DNA of 64,000 bases from the human T2T-CHM13v2.0 reference genome, Homo sapiens. The DNA lies in assembly GCA_009914755.4 (NCBI GenBank), contig CP086569.2, positions 53,120,001-53,184,000 on the forward strand, given 5' to 3'. The notes under the pieces were generated by a model. It made no database searches. It saw nothing but the letters and a program-made list of their open reading frames with translations, and had not been told where the DNA came from. Of this stretch, positions 1 to 27,318 are shown piece after piece. Both the position numbers and the translations under genes were made by a program. Within the stretch, counting starts at the first letter, position 1, and each line of letters begins with the position of its first letter.

Positions 1-1183
1 ATATATAAAATGTGACATATAATATATATTATATTTTATGACATATGTAACATGTATTATATATTATATATATTACGTTGTATGTATAATACCTATATTA
101 AATATATATTATATGACGATGTTATTAATTACATGTCACATATGTTATATATTATATATTTTACATGGAATATACCGGTTACATATAATATATACTATGT
201 TACCTATAATGTATAATTTATTACATGTAATATAATGAATGTCATATATTATATATAATTTATAATATACAATATGTGGAATGTGATATATATAACATAT
301 ATGATATATGATATAAAGTATATGATATATAACATACAATATATGATACGTAATATATATGGTATACAATATATATTTTATGATATGTATTCTATATGTT
401 TTATATTCTGTTATATATAACTATTTGAAATTATATATAACTGTATAATATTTTATGTAAATATGTAATATAATATATATAACTATATAATATATTATAT
501 ATAACTATATATTATGTTATATATACTTTTATAACATAATTTACATAAAATATCATAATATAATATATACTATATTATTTCATATTACATAATATATATT
601 ACATATCACCCAATATAACTAACATACATAATATTATAATATAGATTATATTATGTTATATTAAATATCATATATATCATGTATCATATATTCTATAATA
701 TATATTACACATTATATAATATGTATGTTGTCTATTATGTGATATATATAACTATATATATAATTATATTTTTATACATATAACTAGATAAATATGTAAT
801 TCTATATATTTTCATTTATAATATGTAGAATTATATAATCATATATAATTATTTATATTCTATAAAAAATTTTATCATTATATAAATTATAATATATAAA
901 AATTATAATATGTTCTACAAATATATATATTATATATCATATATGCTATAGTACCTTTGTTATATATCATAATACATATAAATGTGTATTATGTTATCTA
1001 TAATTATATAATTTCATATATAAGTTGTATAATATGTATCATATATTATATATGTTATGTAATATATATAGTATATATAAGATGACACAGGATAAATATT
1101 ATATACTATGACATATAAAATATATCAGGTTATATGTTACATATACGGCATAGCACATAACATGTAATATATATCATATATAA
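1..1183. repeat. Partial DYZ2-like unit: only the 3' part of its AT-rich segment is in the window.
   Basis: It aligns in phase with 7254..8142; ORFs 38..235 and 145..369 are identical to 7291..7488 and 7398..7622. Confidence 0.8.
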
Positions 1184-13882
<12,699 letters not shown>

Positions 13883-16661
13883 GGACTCCTTTGGAATGGT
13901 CTAGTATGCAATGCAATCGACTGGCAGGGAATTAAAAGGAATGCAATCGAATGGATTGCACAGGAATGCAATGGACTCGAATAGATTGGAAACAGAATGC
14001 AAAGGAATGGAATGGAATAGTATGGAATGGAATGGAAAGGAATGGAGTGGAATAGACTAGAGTAGAATGGAATTTACTCGAAAGCAATGGACTGGAGTAG
14101 AACTTTCTTGAATGGGCTGGAATCAAACGGAATGGAATGCTGTGCAATCAAATAGAATGAAAGAGAATCAAATCCAATCGAATGGATTGGAAAGGAATTG
14201 ACTGAAATGGAATGGACTAGAATGGAAGGCAAAGGAATGGAATCTATAGGAATGGACTGTAATGGAATGGAATGGAAGGGATTGGAATGGAATCGAATGG
14301 AATGGACTGCAATAGAAAGGATTCGAATGGAATGAAAAAGAATTGAATGGAATAGAACAGAATGGAATCAAATCGAATGAAATGGAATGGAATAGAAAGG
14401 ATTCGAATGGAATGCAATCGAACGGAATGGAATCGAACGGAATGGAATAAAATGGAAGAAAACTGGCAAGAAATGGAATCGAAATGAATGGAGTGTTATG
14501 GAACGGACTCAAAAGGAATTGAATGTAATAGAATGGAGTGGAGTGGACTCGAATATAATGGACTGGAATGGAATGAAATCACATGGAATGGGAACGAATG
14601 GAATGGAATGGAAAGGAATGGAATCGAATGGAAAGGAATCGAATGGAAGGGAATGCAATTGAATCAACAGGAATGGAAGGGAATAGAATAGACGGTAATG
14701 GAATGGACTCGAATAGAATGGACACGAATGCTCAAATTGAATGGACTCGAATGGAATGGAAACGAAAGGAATGTCATCGAATGTAATTGAATTGATTGGA
14801 ATGAAATCGCATAGAATGGAGTGGAATCAAATGGAATTGAGTCGAAAGGAAAGGAAGCGAATGGACTGAAATGAAATGGAATGGAATTGAATGGAAAGTA
14901 ATGCAATGGAATAGAATGGAACGAAATTTCACGGAATGGAATCAAACTGAATGGAATCAAATCAATGGAATCAAATCAAATGGAATGGAAAGGAATTGAA
15001 TGGAGTAGATGGGATTGGATGGGATTGGAATGAAATGTACTGGAAAGAACTCGAATTTCATGAAACGGAATGGAATGAATTGGAACGGAATGGACTCGAA
15101 TGGAATGGAATGTCATGGAATGGCATCAAATGGAATGGCATCAAATGGAATGGAATCGAATGCTATGGAATGCTATGGAATGGAATGGAATGCATTGGAA
15201 TGGAATGTCCTCTAATGGAATGGATTCGAGTGGAATGGAATCGAATATAATGGAGTCGAATGAAATGGAATTGAAAGGAATGGTACCGAATACAATGGAA
15301 TATACAGGAATGTAATGTAATGAACTCGAATGTAATTGACTGCAATGGAATGTACATGAATGGAATGTAATCGAATGGAAAGTAATCCAATGGAATAGAA
15401 TCTAATGCAATAAAATCGACTCAAATAGAATAGAATGTAATGGAATGGAGTGCAGTGCAATGGAATGGAATGGAATGGAATGCAGTGGAATGGAATGGAA
15501 TGGAATGCAATGGAATGGAATGTATTAGAATGTAATGAACATTAATGGAATGTACTCGAATGGATTCGACTGGAATGGAATGTTCTGGAAGTTTATGGAC
15601 TCCAATGGAATAGATTCGAAAGGAATGGAATCGAACGGAATGGAATCTAATGGAATGGAATTAAATGGAAATGAATCAAATTGAATAGCACGGAATTGAA
15701 TTGAATGGAATAGAATGCAATGTAATCTAATGAAACAGAAAGGAAAGGAATGGAATGGAATGGAATGGGCTGGAATGGAATGGAATCGAAACGAATGGAA
15801 TGGAATCGAACTAAAGAGACTGGAATGGAATGCACTGGAATGGAAGGGAGTGTAATGGAAGGTTCTCGAAAAAAATGGAATCGAATGGAATGGAATTGAA
15901 TGGAACGGAATAGAGTCGAATGGAATTGAATGGAATGGAATGGACTAGAGTGAAATGGAATCGAACCACAAGGAATGGACAGGAATAGAATGGTCTCGAA
16001 TTGAATGGAATCGTATGGAATGGCATCAAACGGAATGGAATGGACAGCCACGGAATGGAATGCACTCGAATGCAATGGAGTCGAAACTAATGGACTGGAA
16101 TAGAATGGACTCGACTGGTACGGACTCCAATGGAATGGAATCGAATGGAAGGGAATCGAACGGAATGGACTCGAAGGGAAAAGACTGCAATGGAAAGGTC
16201 TCGAATGGAATGGAAATTAATGGAATGGAATGGAATCGAATGAAGTGGAGTCAAAAGGAATGGAATCGAATGGCAAGAAATCGAATGTAATGGAATCGCA
16301 AGGAATTGATGTGAACGGAACGGAATGGAATGGAATCCAAAGGAATGGAATAGAATGGAATGGAATCAAATGGAAAGGACTCGAATGGAAATCACTCGAA
16401 TAGAATGCAATTTAATAAAATAGGATCAAATGTAATGGAATGGAATGGAAAGGAATCGAAACGAAAGGAATGGAGACAGATGGAATGGAATGGAACAGAG
16501 AGCAATGGTATAGAATGGAATGGAATCATCTGGAATGGAATTGAATGGAATGCAATAACATGAAATGGAATGGAATGGAATGGAATGCCCTTGAATTAAA
16601 TGGACTGGAATGGAATGAACTCGAACAGAGTGTAATGGAAAGTGTTGAAATAGAATGGAAT
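13883..16661. repeat. DYZ1-like unit 1, 2779 bp, a deletion variant.
   Basis: It lacks ~675 bp present in the other units (the homolog of 18375-19050), with further small 5-bp-multiple indels near 14150. It therefore also lacks the unit's 'caggcctgg' GGCC site. Confidence 0.8.
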
Positions 16662-19600
16662 GGACTCGTTTGGAATGGTCTAGTATGCAATGCAATCGAC
16701 TGGCAGGGAATCAAAAGGAATGTAATCGAATGGATTGGACTGGAATGCAATGGACTCGAATAGATTGGAAACGGAATGCAAAGGAATGGAATGGAATAGT
16801 ATGGAATGGAATGGAAAGGAATGGAGTGGAATAGACTAGAGTGGAATGGAATGGACTCAAAAGCAATGGACTGGAATGGAACTTTCTTGAATGGACTGGA
16901 ATCAAACGGAATGGAATGCAATGCAATCAAATGGCATGGAATAAAATAGAATGAAAGAGAATCAAATGGAATTGAATGGAATGGAATCGAATGGATTGGA
17001 AAGGAATAGAATGGAATGGAATGGAATTGACTCAAATGGAATGGACTAGAATGGAATGGATTCGAATGGAAGGCAAAGGAATGGAATCTATTGGAATGGA
17101 CTGTAATGGAATGGAATGGAAGGGATTGGAATGGACTCGAATTGAATGGACTGCAATAGAAAGGATTCGAATGGAATGAAAAAGAATGGAATGGAATAGA
17201 ACAGAATGGAATCCAATCGAATGAAATGGAATGGAATAGAAAGGAATGGAATGAAATGGAATGGAAAGGATTCGAATGGAATGCAATCGAATGGAATGGA
17301 ATCGAACGGAATGGAATAAAATGGAAGAAAACTGGCAAGAAATGGAATCGAAATGAATGGAGTGTTATGGAACGGACTCAAAAGGAATTGAATGTAATAG
17401 AAATGAGTGGAGTGGACTCGAATATAATGGACTGGAATGGAATGAAATCACATGGAATGGGAACGAATGGAATGGAATGGAAAGGAATGGAATCGAATGG
17501 AAAGGAATGGAATGGAAGGGAATGAAACTGAATCAACAGGAATGGAAGGGAGTAGAATAGACGGTAATGGAATGGACTCGAATAGAATTGACACGAATGT
17601 ACAAATTGAATGGACTCGAATGGAATGGAAACGAAAGGAATGTCATAGAATGGAATTGAATCGATTGGAATGAAATCGCATAGAATGGAGTGGAATCAAA
17701 TGGAATTGAATCGAAAGGAAAGGAAGAGAATGGACTGAAATGGAATGGAATGGAATGGAAAGTAATGCAATGGAATAGAATGGAACGAAATTTCACGGAA
17801 TGGAATCAAACTGAATGGAATCAAATCAATGGAATATAATCAAATGGAATGGAAAGGAATTGAATGGAGTAGATTGGATTGGATGGGACTGGAATGAAAT
17901 GGAATGGAAAGGACTCGAATTTCATGAAAAGGAATGGAATGAATTGGAACGGAATGGACTCGAATGGAATGGAATGTCATGGAATTGCATCAAATGGAAT
18001 GGCATCAAAGGGAATGGAATCGAATGCAATGGAATGCTATGGAATGGAATGGAATGCATTGGAATGGAATGTCCTCTAATGGAATGGATTCGAGTGGAAT
18101 GGAATCGAATATAATGGAGTCGAATGAAATGGAATTGAAAGGAATGGGATCGAATACAATGGAATATACTGGAATGTAACGTAATGAACTCGAATGTAAT
18201 TGACTGGAATGGAATGTACACGAATGGAATGTAATCGAATGGAAAGTAATCCAATGGAATAGAATCTAATGCAATAAAATCGACTCAAATAGAATAGAAT
18301 GCAATGGAATGGAGTGCAGTGCAATGGAATGGGATGGAATGGAATGCAATGGAATGGAATGGAATGGAATGGAATGCAATGGGATGGAATGGTATGGAAT
18401 GGATAGTAATGGACTGGAGTGAAATGGACTGGAAAGGAATGGACTCAAATTGAAAGGTCTCGAAAGGAATGGAGTCAAATGGAATGGTCTGGAATGGAAT
18501 GAACACGAATGTAATCAATCCAATAGAATGGAATCGAATGGCATGGAATATAAAGAAATGGAATCGAAGAGAATGGAAACAAATGGAATGGAATTGAATG
18601 GAATGGAATTGAATGGAATGGGAACGAATGGAGTGAAATTGTATGCAGTAGAAGAGAATAGAATGGAATGCAAGCGAAAGGAAAGGAATGGATTGGAATG
18701 GAATGGAATTCATTGGAATGGAAGGGAATGTAGTGTAATGGACAGGCCTGGAATAAAGTGGAATGCTACGGTCTCGAATGGAATAAAAATGTATGGAATG
18801 GAATGCAATGAAACGGAATCGAATGTCATAGAATGTAATGGAAAGCAAAAAAATGGAATCCAAAATCATTGACTGGAAAGGCTGGGTGTCGAAAGGAATT
18901 GACTCCAATGGAATGGAATCGAATGGAATGGAAGTGAATAGAATCGAACTAAATCGAATGGAATGGAATTGATAGGAACGGAATGGAAAGGAATGCAATG
19001 ATTTGGCATGGAATGGAATCGAATGGCATCGAATGGAATGGAATGGAATGCAATGGAATGGAATATATTAGAATGTAATGAACTTTAATGGAATGTACTC
19101 GAATGGATTCGACTGGAATGGAATGTTCTGGAAGTGAATGGACTCCAATGGAATGGATTCGAAAGGAATGGAATCGTACGGAATGGAATCTAATGGAATG
19201 GAATTAAATGGAAATGAATCAAATTGAATAGCACGGAATTGAATTGAATGGAATGGAATGCAATGGAATCTAATGAAACGGAAAGGAAAGGAATGGAATG
19301 GAATGGAATGGGCTGGAATGGAAAGGAATCGAAACGAATGGAATGGAATCGAACTGAAGAGACTGGAATGGAATGCACTGGAATGGAAGGGAGTGTAATG
19401 GAAGGTTCTCGAAAAAAATGGAATCGAATGGAATGGAATTGAATGGAACGGAATAGAGTCGAATGAATTGAATGGAATGGAATGGACTAGAGTGAAATGG
19501 AATCGAACCACAAGGAATGGACAGGAATAGAATGGTCTCGAATTGAATGGAATCGTATGGAATGGCATCAAACGGAATGGAATGGACAAGCCACGGAATG

Positions 19601-20219
19601 GAATGCACTCGAATGCAATGGAGTCGAAACTAATGGACTGGAATAGAATGGACTCGACTGGTACGGACTCCAATGGAATGGAATCGAATGGAAGGGAATG
19701 GAACGGAAGGGAATCGAACGGAATGGACTCGAAGGGAAAAGACTGCAATGGAAAGGTCTCGAATGGAATGGAAATTAATGGAATGGAATGGAATCGAATG
19801 AAATGGAGTCAAAAGGAATGGAATCGAATGGCAAGAAATCGAATGTAATGGAATCGCAAGGAATTGATGTGAACGGAACGGAATGGAATGGAATCCAAAG
19901 GAATGGAATAGAATGGAATGGAATCGAATGGAAAGGACTCGAATGGAAATCACTCGAATAGAATGCAATTTAATAAAATAGGATCAAATGTAATGGAATG
20001 GAATGGAAAGGAATCGAAACGAAAGGAATGGAGACAGATGGAATGGAATGGAACAGAGAACAATGGTATAGAATGGAATGGAATCATCTGGAATGGAATT
20101 GAATGGAATGGAATAACATGAAATGGAATGGAATGGAATGGAATGCCCTTGAATTAAATGGACTGGAATGGAATGGACTCGAACAGAGTGGAATGGAAAG
20201 TGTTGAGATAGAATGGAAC
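16662..20219. repeat. DYZ1-like unit 2, 3558 bp.
   Basis: Anchor motif spacing. Confidence 0.85.
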
Positions 20220-23200
20220 GGACTCCTTTGGAATGGTGTAGTATGCAATGCAATCGACTGGCAGGGAATCAAAAGGAATGTAATCGAATGGATTGGACTG
20301 GAATGCAATGGATTCGAATAGATTGGAAACGGAATGCAAAGGAATGGAATGGAATAGTATGGAATGGAATGGAAAGGAATGGAGTGGAATAGACTAGAGT
20401 GGAATGGAATGAACTGGAAAGCAATGGACTGGAATGGAACTTTCTTGAATGGACTGGAATCAAACGGAATGGAATGCAATGCAATCAAATGGCATGGAAT
20501 AAAATAGAATGAAAGAGAATCAAACGGAATTGAATCGAATGGAATCGAATGGATTGGAAAGGAATAGAATGGAATGGAATGGAATTGACTCAAATGGAAT
20601 GGACTAGAATGGAATGGATTCGAATGGAAGGCAAAGGAACGGAATCTATTGGAATGGACTGTAATGGAATGGAATGGAAGGGATTGGAATGGACTCGAAT
20701 TGAATGGACTGCAATAGAAAGGATTCGAATGGAATGAAAAAGAATTGAATGGAATAGAACAGAATGGAATCAAATCGAATGAAATGGAATGGAATAGAAA
20801 GGAATGGAATGAAATGGAATGGAAAGGATTCGAATGGAATGCAATCGAATGGAATGGAATCGAACGGAATGGAATAAAATGGAAGAAAACTGGCAAGAAA
20901 TGGAATCGAAATGAATGGAGTGTTATGGAACGGACTCAAAAGGAATTGAATGTAATAGAAATGAGTGGAGTGGACTCGAATATAATGGACTGGAATGGAA
21001 TGAAATCACATGGAATGGGAACGAATGGAATGGAATGGAAAGGAATGGAATCGAATGGAAAGGAATGGAATGGAAGGGAATGAAACTGAATCAACAGGAA
21101 TGGAAGGGAGTAGAATAGACGGTAATGGAATGGACTCGAATAGAATTGACACGAATGTACAAATTGAATGGACTCGAATGGAATGGAAACGAAAGGAATG
21201 TCATAGAATGGAATTGAATCGATTGGAATGAAATCGCATAGAATGGAGTGGAATCAAATGGAATTGAATCGAAAGGAAAGGAAGAGAATGGACTGAAATG
21301 GAATGGAATGGAATGGAAAGTAATGCAATGGAATAGAATGGAACGAAATTTCACGGAATGGAATCAAACTGAATGGAATCAAATCAATGGAATATAATCA
21401 AATGGAATGGAAAGGAATTGAATGGAGTAGATTGGATTGGATGGGATTGGAATGAAATGGAATGGAAAGGACTCGAATTTCATGAAAAGGAATGGAATGA
21501 ATTGGAACGGAATGGACTCGAATGGAATGGAATGTCATGGAATTGCATCAAATGGAATGGCATCAAAGGGAATGGAATCGAATGCAATGGAATGCTATGG
21601 AATGGAATGGAATGCATTGGAATGGAATGTCCTCTAATGGAATGGATTCGAGTGGAATGGAATCGAATATAATGGAGTCGAATGAAATGGAATTGAAAGG
21701 AATGGGATCGAATACAATGGAATATACTGGAATGTAACGTAATGAACTCGAATGTAATTGACTGGAATGGAATGTACACGAATGGAATGTAATCGAATGG
21801 AAAGTAATCCAATGGAATAGAATCTAATGCAATAAAATCGACTCAAATAGAATAGAATGCAATGGAATGGAGTGCAGTGCAATGGAATGGGATGGAATGG
21901 AATGCAATGGAATGGAATGGAATGGAATGGAATGCAATGGGATGGAATGGTATGGAATGGATAGTAATGGACTGGAGTGAAATGGACTGGAAAGGAATGG
22001 ACTCAAATTGAAAGGTCTCGAAAGGAATGGAGTCAAATGGAATGGTCTGGAATGGAATGAACACGAATGTAATGCAATCCAATAGAATGGAATCGAATGG
22101 CATGGAATATAAAGAAATGGAATCGAAGAGAATGGAAACAAATGGAATGGAATTGAATGGAATGGAATTGAATGGAATGGGAACGAATGGAGTGAAATTG
22201 TATGCAGTAGAAGAGAATAGAATGGAATGCAAGCGAAAGGAAAGGAATGGATTGGAATGGAATGGAATTCATTGGAATGGAAGGGAATGTAGTGTAATGG
22301 ACAGGCCTGGAATAAAGTGGAATGCTACGGTCTCGAATGGAATAAAAATGTATGGAATGGAATGCAATGAAACGGAATCGAATGTCATAGAATGTAATGG
22401 AAAGCAAAAAAATGGAATCCAAAATCATTGACTGGAAAGGCTGGGTGTCGAAAGGAATTGACTCCAATGGAATGGAATCGAATGGAATGGAAGTGAATAG
22501 AATCGAACTAAATCGAATGGAATGGAATTGATAGGAACGGAATGGAAAGGAATGCAATGATTTGGCATGGAATGGAATCGAATGGCATCGAATGGAATGG
22601 AATGGAATGCAATGGAATGGAATATATTAGAATGTAATGAACTTTAATGGAATGTACTCGAATGGATTCGACTGGAATGGAATGTTCTGGAAGTGAATGG
22701 ACTCCAATGGAATGGATTCGAAAGGAATGGAATCGTACGGAATGGAATCTAATGGAATGGAATTAAATGGAAATGAATCAAATTGAATAGCACGGAATTG
22801 AATTGAATGGAATGGAATGCAATGGAATCTAATGAAACGGAAAGGAAAGGAATGGAATGGAATGGAATGGGCTGGAATGGAAAGGAATCGAAACGAATGG
22901 AATGGAATCGAACTGAAGAGACTGGAATGGAATGCACTGGAATGGAAGGGAGTGTAATGGAAGGTTCTCGAAAAAAATGGAATCGAATGGAATGGAATTG
23001 AATGGAACGGAATAGAGTCGAATGGAATTGAATGGAATGGAATGGACTAGAGTGAAATGGAATCGAACCACAAGGAATGGACAGGAATAGAATGGTCTCG
23101 AATTGAATGGAATCGTATGGAATGGCATCAAACGGAATGGAATGGACAGCCACGGAATGGAATGCACTCGAATGCAATGGAGTCGAAACTAATGGACTGG

Positions 23201-23778
23201 AATAGAATGGACTCGACTGGTACGGACTCCAATGGAATGGAATCGAATGGAAGGGAATGGAACGGAAGGGAATCGAACGGAATGGACTCGAAGGGAAAAG
23301 ACTGCAATGGAAAGGTCTCGAATGGAATGGAAATTAATGGAATGGAATGGAATCGAATGAAATGGAGTCAAAAGGAATGGAATCGAATGGCAAGAAATCG
23401 AATGTAATGGAATCGCAAGGAATTGATGTGAACGGAACGGAATGGAATGGAATCCAAAGGAATGGAATAGAATGGAATGGAATCGAATGGAAAGGACTCG
23501 AATGGAAATCACTCGAATAGAATGCAATTTAATAAAATAGGATCAAATGTAATGGAATGGAATGGAAAGGAATCGAAACGAAAGGAATGGAGACAGATGG
23601 AATGGAATGGAACAGAGAGCAATGGTATAGAATGGAATGGAATCATCTGGAATGGAATTGAATGGAATGGAATAACATGAAATGGAATGGAATGGAATGG
23701 AATGCCCTTGAATTAAATGGACTGGAATGGAATGGACTCGAACAGAGTGGAATGGAAAGTGTTGAGATAGAATGGAAC
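20220..23778. repeat. DYZ1-like unit 3, 3559 bp.
   Basis: Anchor motif spacing. It is near-identical to unit 2; many frame-artefact ORFs are identical at a 3558/3559 offset. Confidence 0.85.
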
Positions 23779-26700
23779 GGACTCCTTTGGAATGGTGTAG
23801 TATGCAATGCAATCGACTGGCAGGGAATCAAAAGGAATGTAATCGAATGGATTGGACTGGAATGCAATGGATTCGAATAGATTGGAAACGGAATGCAAAG
23901 GAATGGAATGGAATAGTATGGAATGGAATGGAAAGGAATGGAGTGGAATAGACTAGAGTGGAATGGAATGGACTGGAAAGCAATGGACTGGAATGGAACT
24001 TTCTTGAATGGACTGGAATCAAACGGAATGGAATGCAATGCAATCAAATGGCATGGAATAAAATAGAATGAAAGAGAATCAAACGGAATTGAATCGAATG
24101 GAATCGAATGGATTGGAAAGGAATAGAATGGAATGGAATGGAATTGACTCAAATGGAATGGACTAGAATGGAATGGATTCGAATGGAAGGCAAAGGAATG
24201 GAATCTATTGGAATGGACTGTAATGGAATGGAATGGAAGGGATTGGAATGGACTCGAATGGAATGGACTGCAATAGAAAGGATTCGAATGGAATGAAAAA
24301 GAATTGAATGGAATAGAACAGAATGGAATCAAACCTCATGAAATAGAATGGAATAGAAAGGAATGGAATGAAATCGAATGGAAAGGATTCGAATGGAATG
24401 CAATCGAATGGAATGCAATCGAATGGAATGGAATCGAACGGAATGGAATAAAATGGAAGAAAACTGGCAAGAAATGGAATCGAAATGAATGGAGTGTTAA
24501 GGAACGGACTCAAAAGGAATTGAATGTAATAGAATGGAGTGGAGTGGACTCGAATATAATGGACTGGAATGGAATGAAATCACGTGGAATGGGAACGAAT
24601 GGAATGGAATGGAAAGGAATGGAATCGAATGGAAAGGAATCGCATGGAAGGGAATGAAATTGAATCAACAGGAATGGAAAGGAGTAGAATAGATGGTAAT
24701 GGAATGGGCTCGAATAGAATGGACACGAATGCTCAAATTAAATGGACTCGAATGGAATGGAAACGAAAGGAATGTCATCGAATGGAATTGAATCGATTGG
24801 AATGAAATCACATAGAATGGAGTGGAATCAAATGGAATTGAATCGAAAGGAAAGGAAGCGAATGGACTGAAATGAAATGGAATGGAATTGAATGGAAATT
24901 AATGCAATGGAATAGAATGGAAAGAAATTTCACGGAATGGAATCAAACTGAATGGAATCAAATCAATGGAATATAATCAAATGGAATGGAAAGGAATTGA
25001 ATGGAGTAGATTGGATTGGATGGGATTGGAATGAAATGTACTGGAAAGGACTCGAATTTCATGAAACGGAATGGAATGAATTAGAACGGAATGGACTCGA
25101 ATGGAATGGAATATCACGGAATGGCATCAAATGGAATGGCATCAATTGGAATGGAATCGAATGCAATGGAATGCTATGGAATGGAATGGAATGCATTGGA
25201 ATGGAATGTCCTCTAATGGAATGGATTCGAGTGGAATGGAATCGAATATAATGGAGTCTAATGAAATGGAATTGAAAGGAATGGGATCCAATACAATGGA
25301 ATATACTGGAATGTAATGTAATGAACTCGAATGTAATTGACTCGAATGGAATGTACATGAATGGAATGTAATCGAATGGAAAGTAATCCAATGGAATAGA
25401 ATCTAATGCAATAAAATCGACTCAAGTAGAGTAGAATATAATGGAATGGAGTGCAGTGCAATGGAATGGAATGGAATGGAATGCAATGGAATGGAATGGA
25501 ATGGAATGGAATGGAATGGGATGGAATGGTATGGAATGGATAGTAATGGACTGGAGTGAAATGGACTGGAAAGGAATGGACTCAAATTGAAAGGGGTCGA
25601 AAGTAATGGAGTCAAATGGAATGGTTTGGAATGGAATGAACACGAATGTAATGCAATCCAATAGAATGGAATCGAATGGCATGGAATATAAAGAAATGGA
25701 ATCGAAGAGAATGGAAACAAATGGAATGGAATTGAATGGAATGGAATTGAATGGAATGGGAACGAATGGAGTGAAATTGTATGCAGTAGAAGGGAATAGA
25801 ATGGAATGCAAGCGAAAGGAAAGGAATGGATTGGAATGGAATGGAATTCATTGGAATGGAAGGGAATGTAGTGTAATGGACAGGCCTGGAATAAAGTGGA
25901 ATGCTACGGTCTCGAATGGAATAAAAATGTATGGAATGGAATGCAATGAAACGGAATCGAATGTCATAGAATGTAATGGAATGCAAAAAAAATGGACTCC
26001 AAAATCATTGACTGGAAAGGCTGGGTGTCGAAAGGAATTGACTCCAATGGAATGGAATCGAATGGAATGGAAGTGAATAGAATCGAACTAAATCGAATGG
26101 AATGGAATTGATAGGAACGGAATGGAAAGGAATGCAATGATTTGGCATGGAATGGAATCGAATGGCATCGAATGGAATGGAATGGAATGCAATGGAATGG
26201 AATGTATTAGAATGTAATGAACATTAATGGAAAGTACTCGAATGGATTCGACTGGAATGGAATGTTCTGGAAGTGAATGGACTCCAATGGAATGGATTCG
26301 AAAGGAATGGAATCGAACGGAATGGAATTAAACGGAAATGAATCAAATAGAATAGAACGGAATTGAATTGAATGGAATCGAATGCAATGGAATCTAATGA
26401 AACGGAAAGGAATGGAATGGAATGGGCTGGAATGGAATGGAATCGAAACGAATGGAATGGAATCGAACTGAAGAGACTGGAATGGAATGCACTGGAATGG
26501 AAGGGAATGTAATGGAAGGTTCTCGAAAAAAATGGAATCGAAAGGAATGGAATTGAATGGAACGGAATAGAGTCGAATGGAATTCATTGGAATGGAATGG
26601 ACTAGAGTGAAATGGAATCGAACCACAAGGAATGGACAGGAATAGAATGGTCTCGAATTGAATGGAATCGTATGGAATGGCATCAAACGGAATGGAATGG

Positions 26701-27318
26701 ACGGCCACGGAATGGAATGCACTCGAATGCAATGGAGTCGAAACTAATGGACTGGAATAGAATGGACTCGACTGGTACGGACTCCAATGGAATGGAATCG
26801 AATGGAAGGGAATCGAACGGAATGGACTCGAAGGGAAAAGACTGCAATGGAAAGGTCTCGAATGGAATGGAAATTAATGGAATGGAATGGAATCGAATGA
26901 AATGGAGTCAAAAGGAATGGAATCGAATGGCAAGAAATCGAATGTAATGGAATCGCAAGGAATTGATGTGAACGGAACGGAATGGAATGGAATCCAAAGG
27001 AATGGAATAGAATGGAATGGAATCGAATGGAAAGGACTCGAATGGAAATCACTCGAATAGAATGCAATTTAATAAAATAGGATCAAATGTAATGGAATGG
27101 AATGGAAAGGAATCGAAACGAAAGGAATGGAGACAGATGGAATGGAATGGAACAGAGAGCAATGGTATAGAATGGAATGGAATCATCTGGAATGGAATTG
27201 AATGGAATGGAATAATATGAAATGGAATGGAATGGAATGGAATGCCCTTGAATTAAATGGACTGGAATGGAATGGACTCGAACACAGTGGAATGGAAAGT
27301 GTTGAAATAGAATGGAAT
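23779..27318. repeat. DYZ1-like unit 4, 3540 bp.
   Basis: Anchor motif spacing. Confidence 0.85.
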
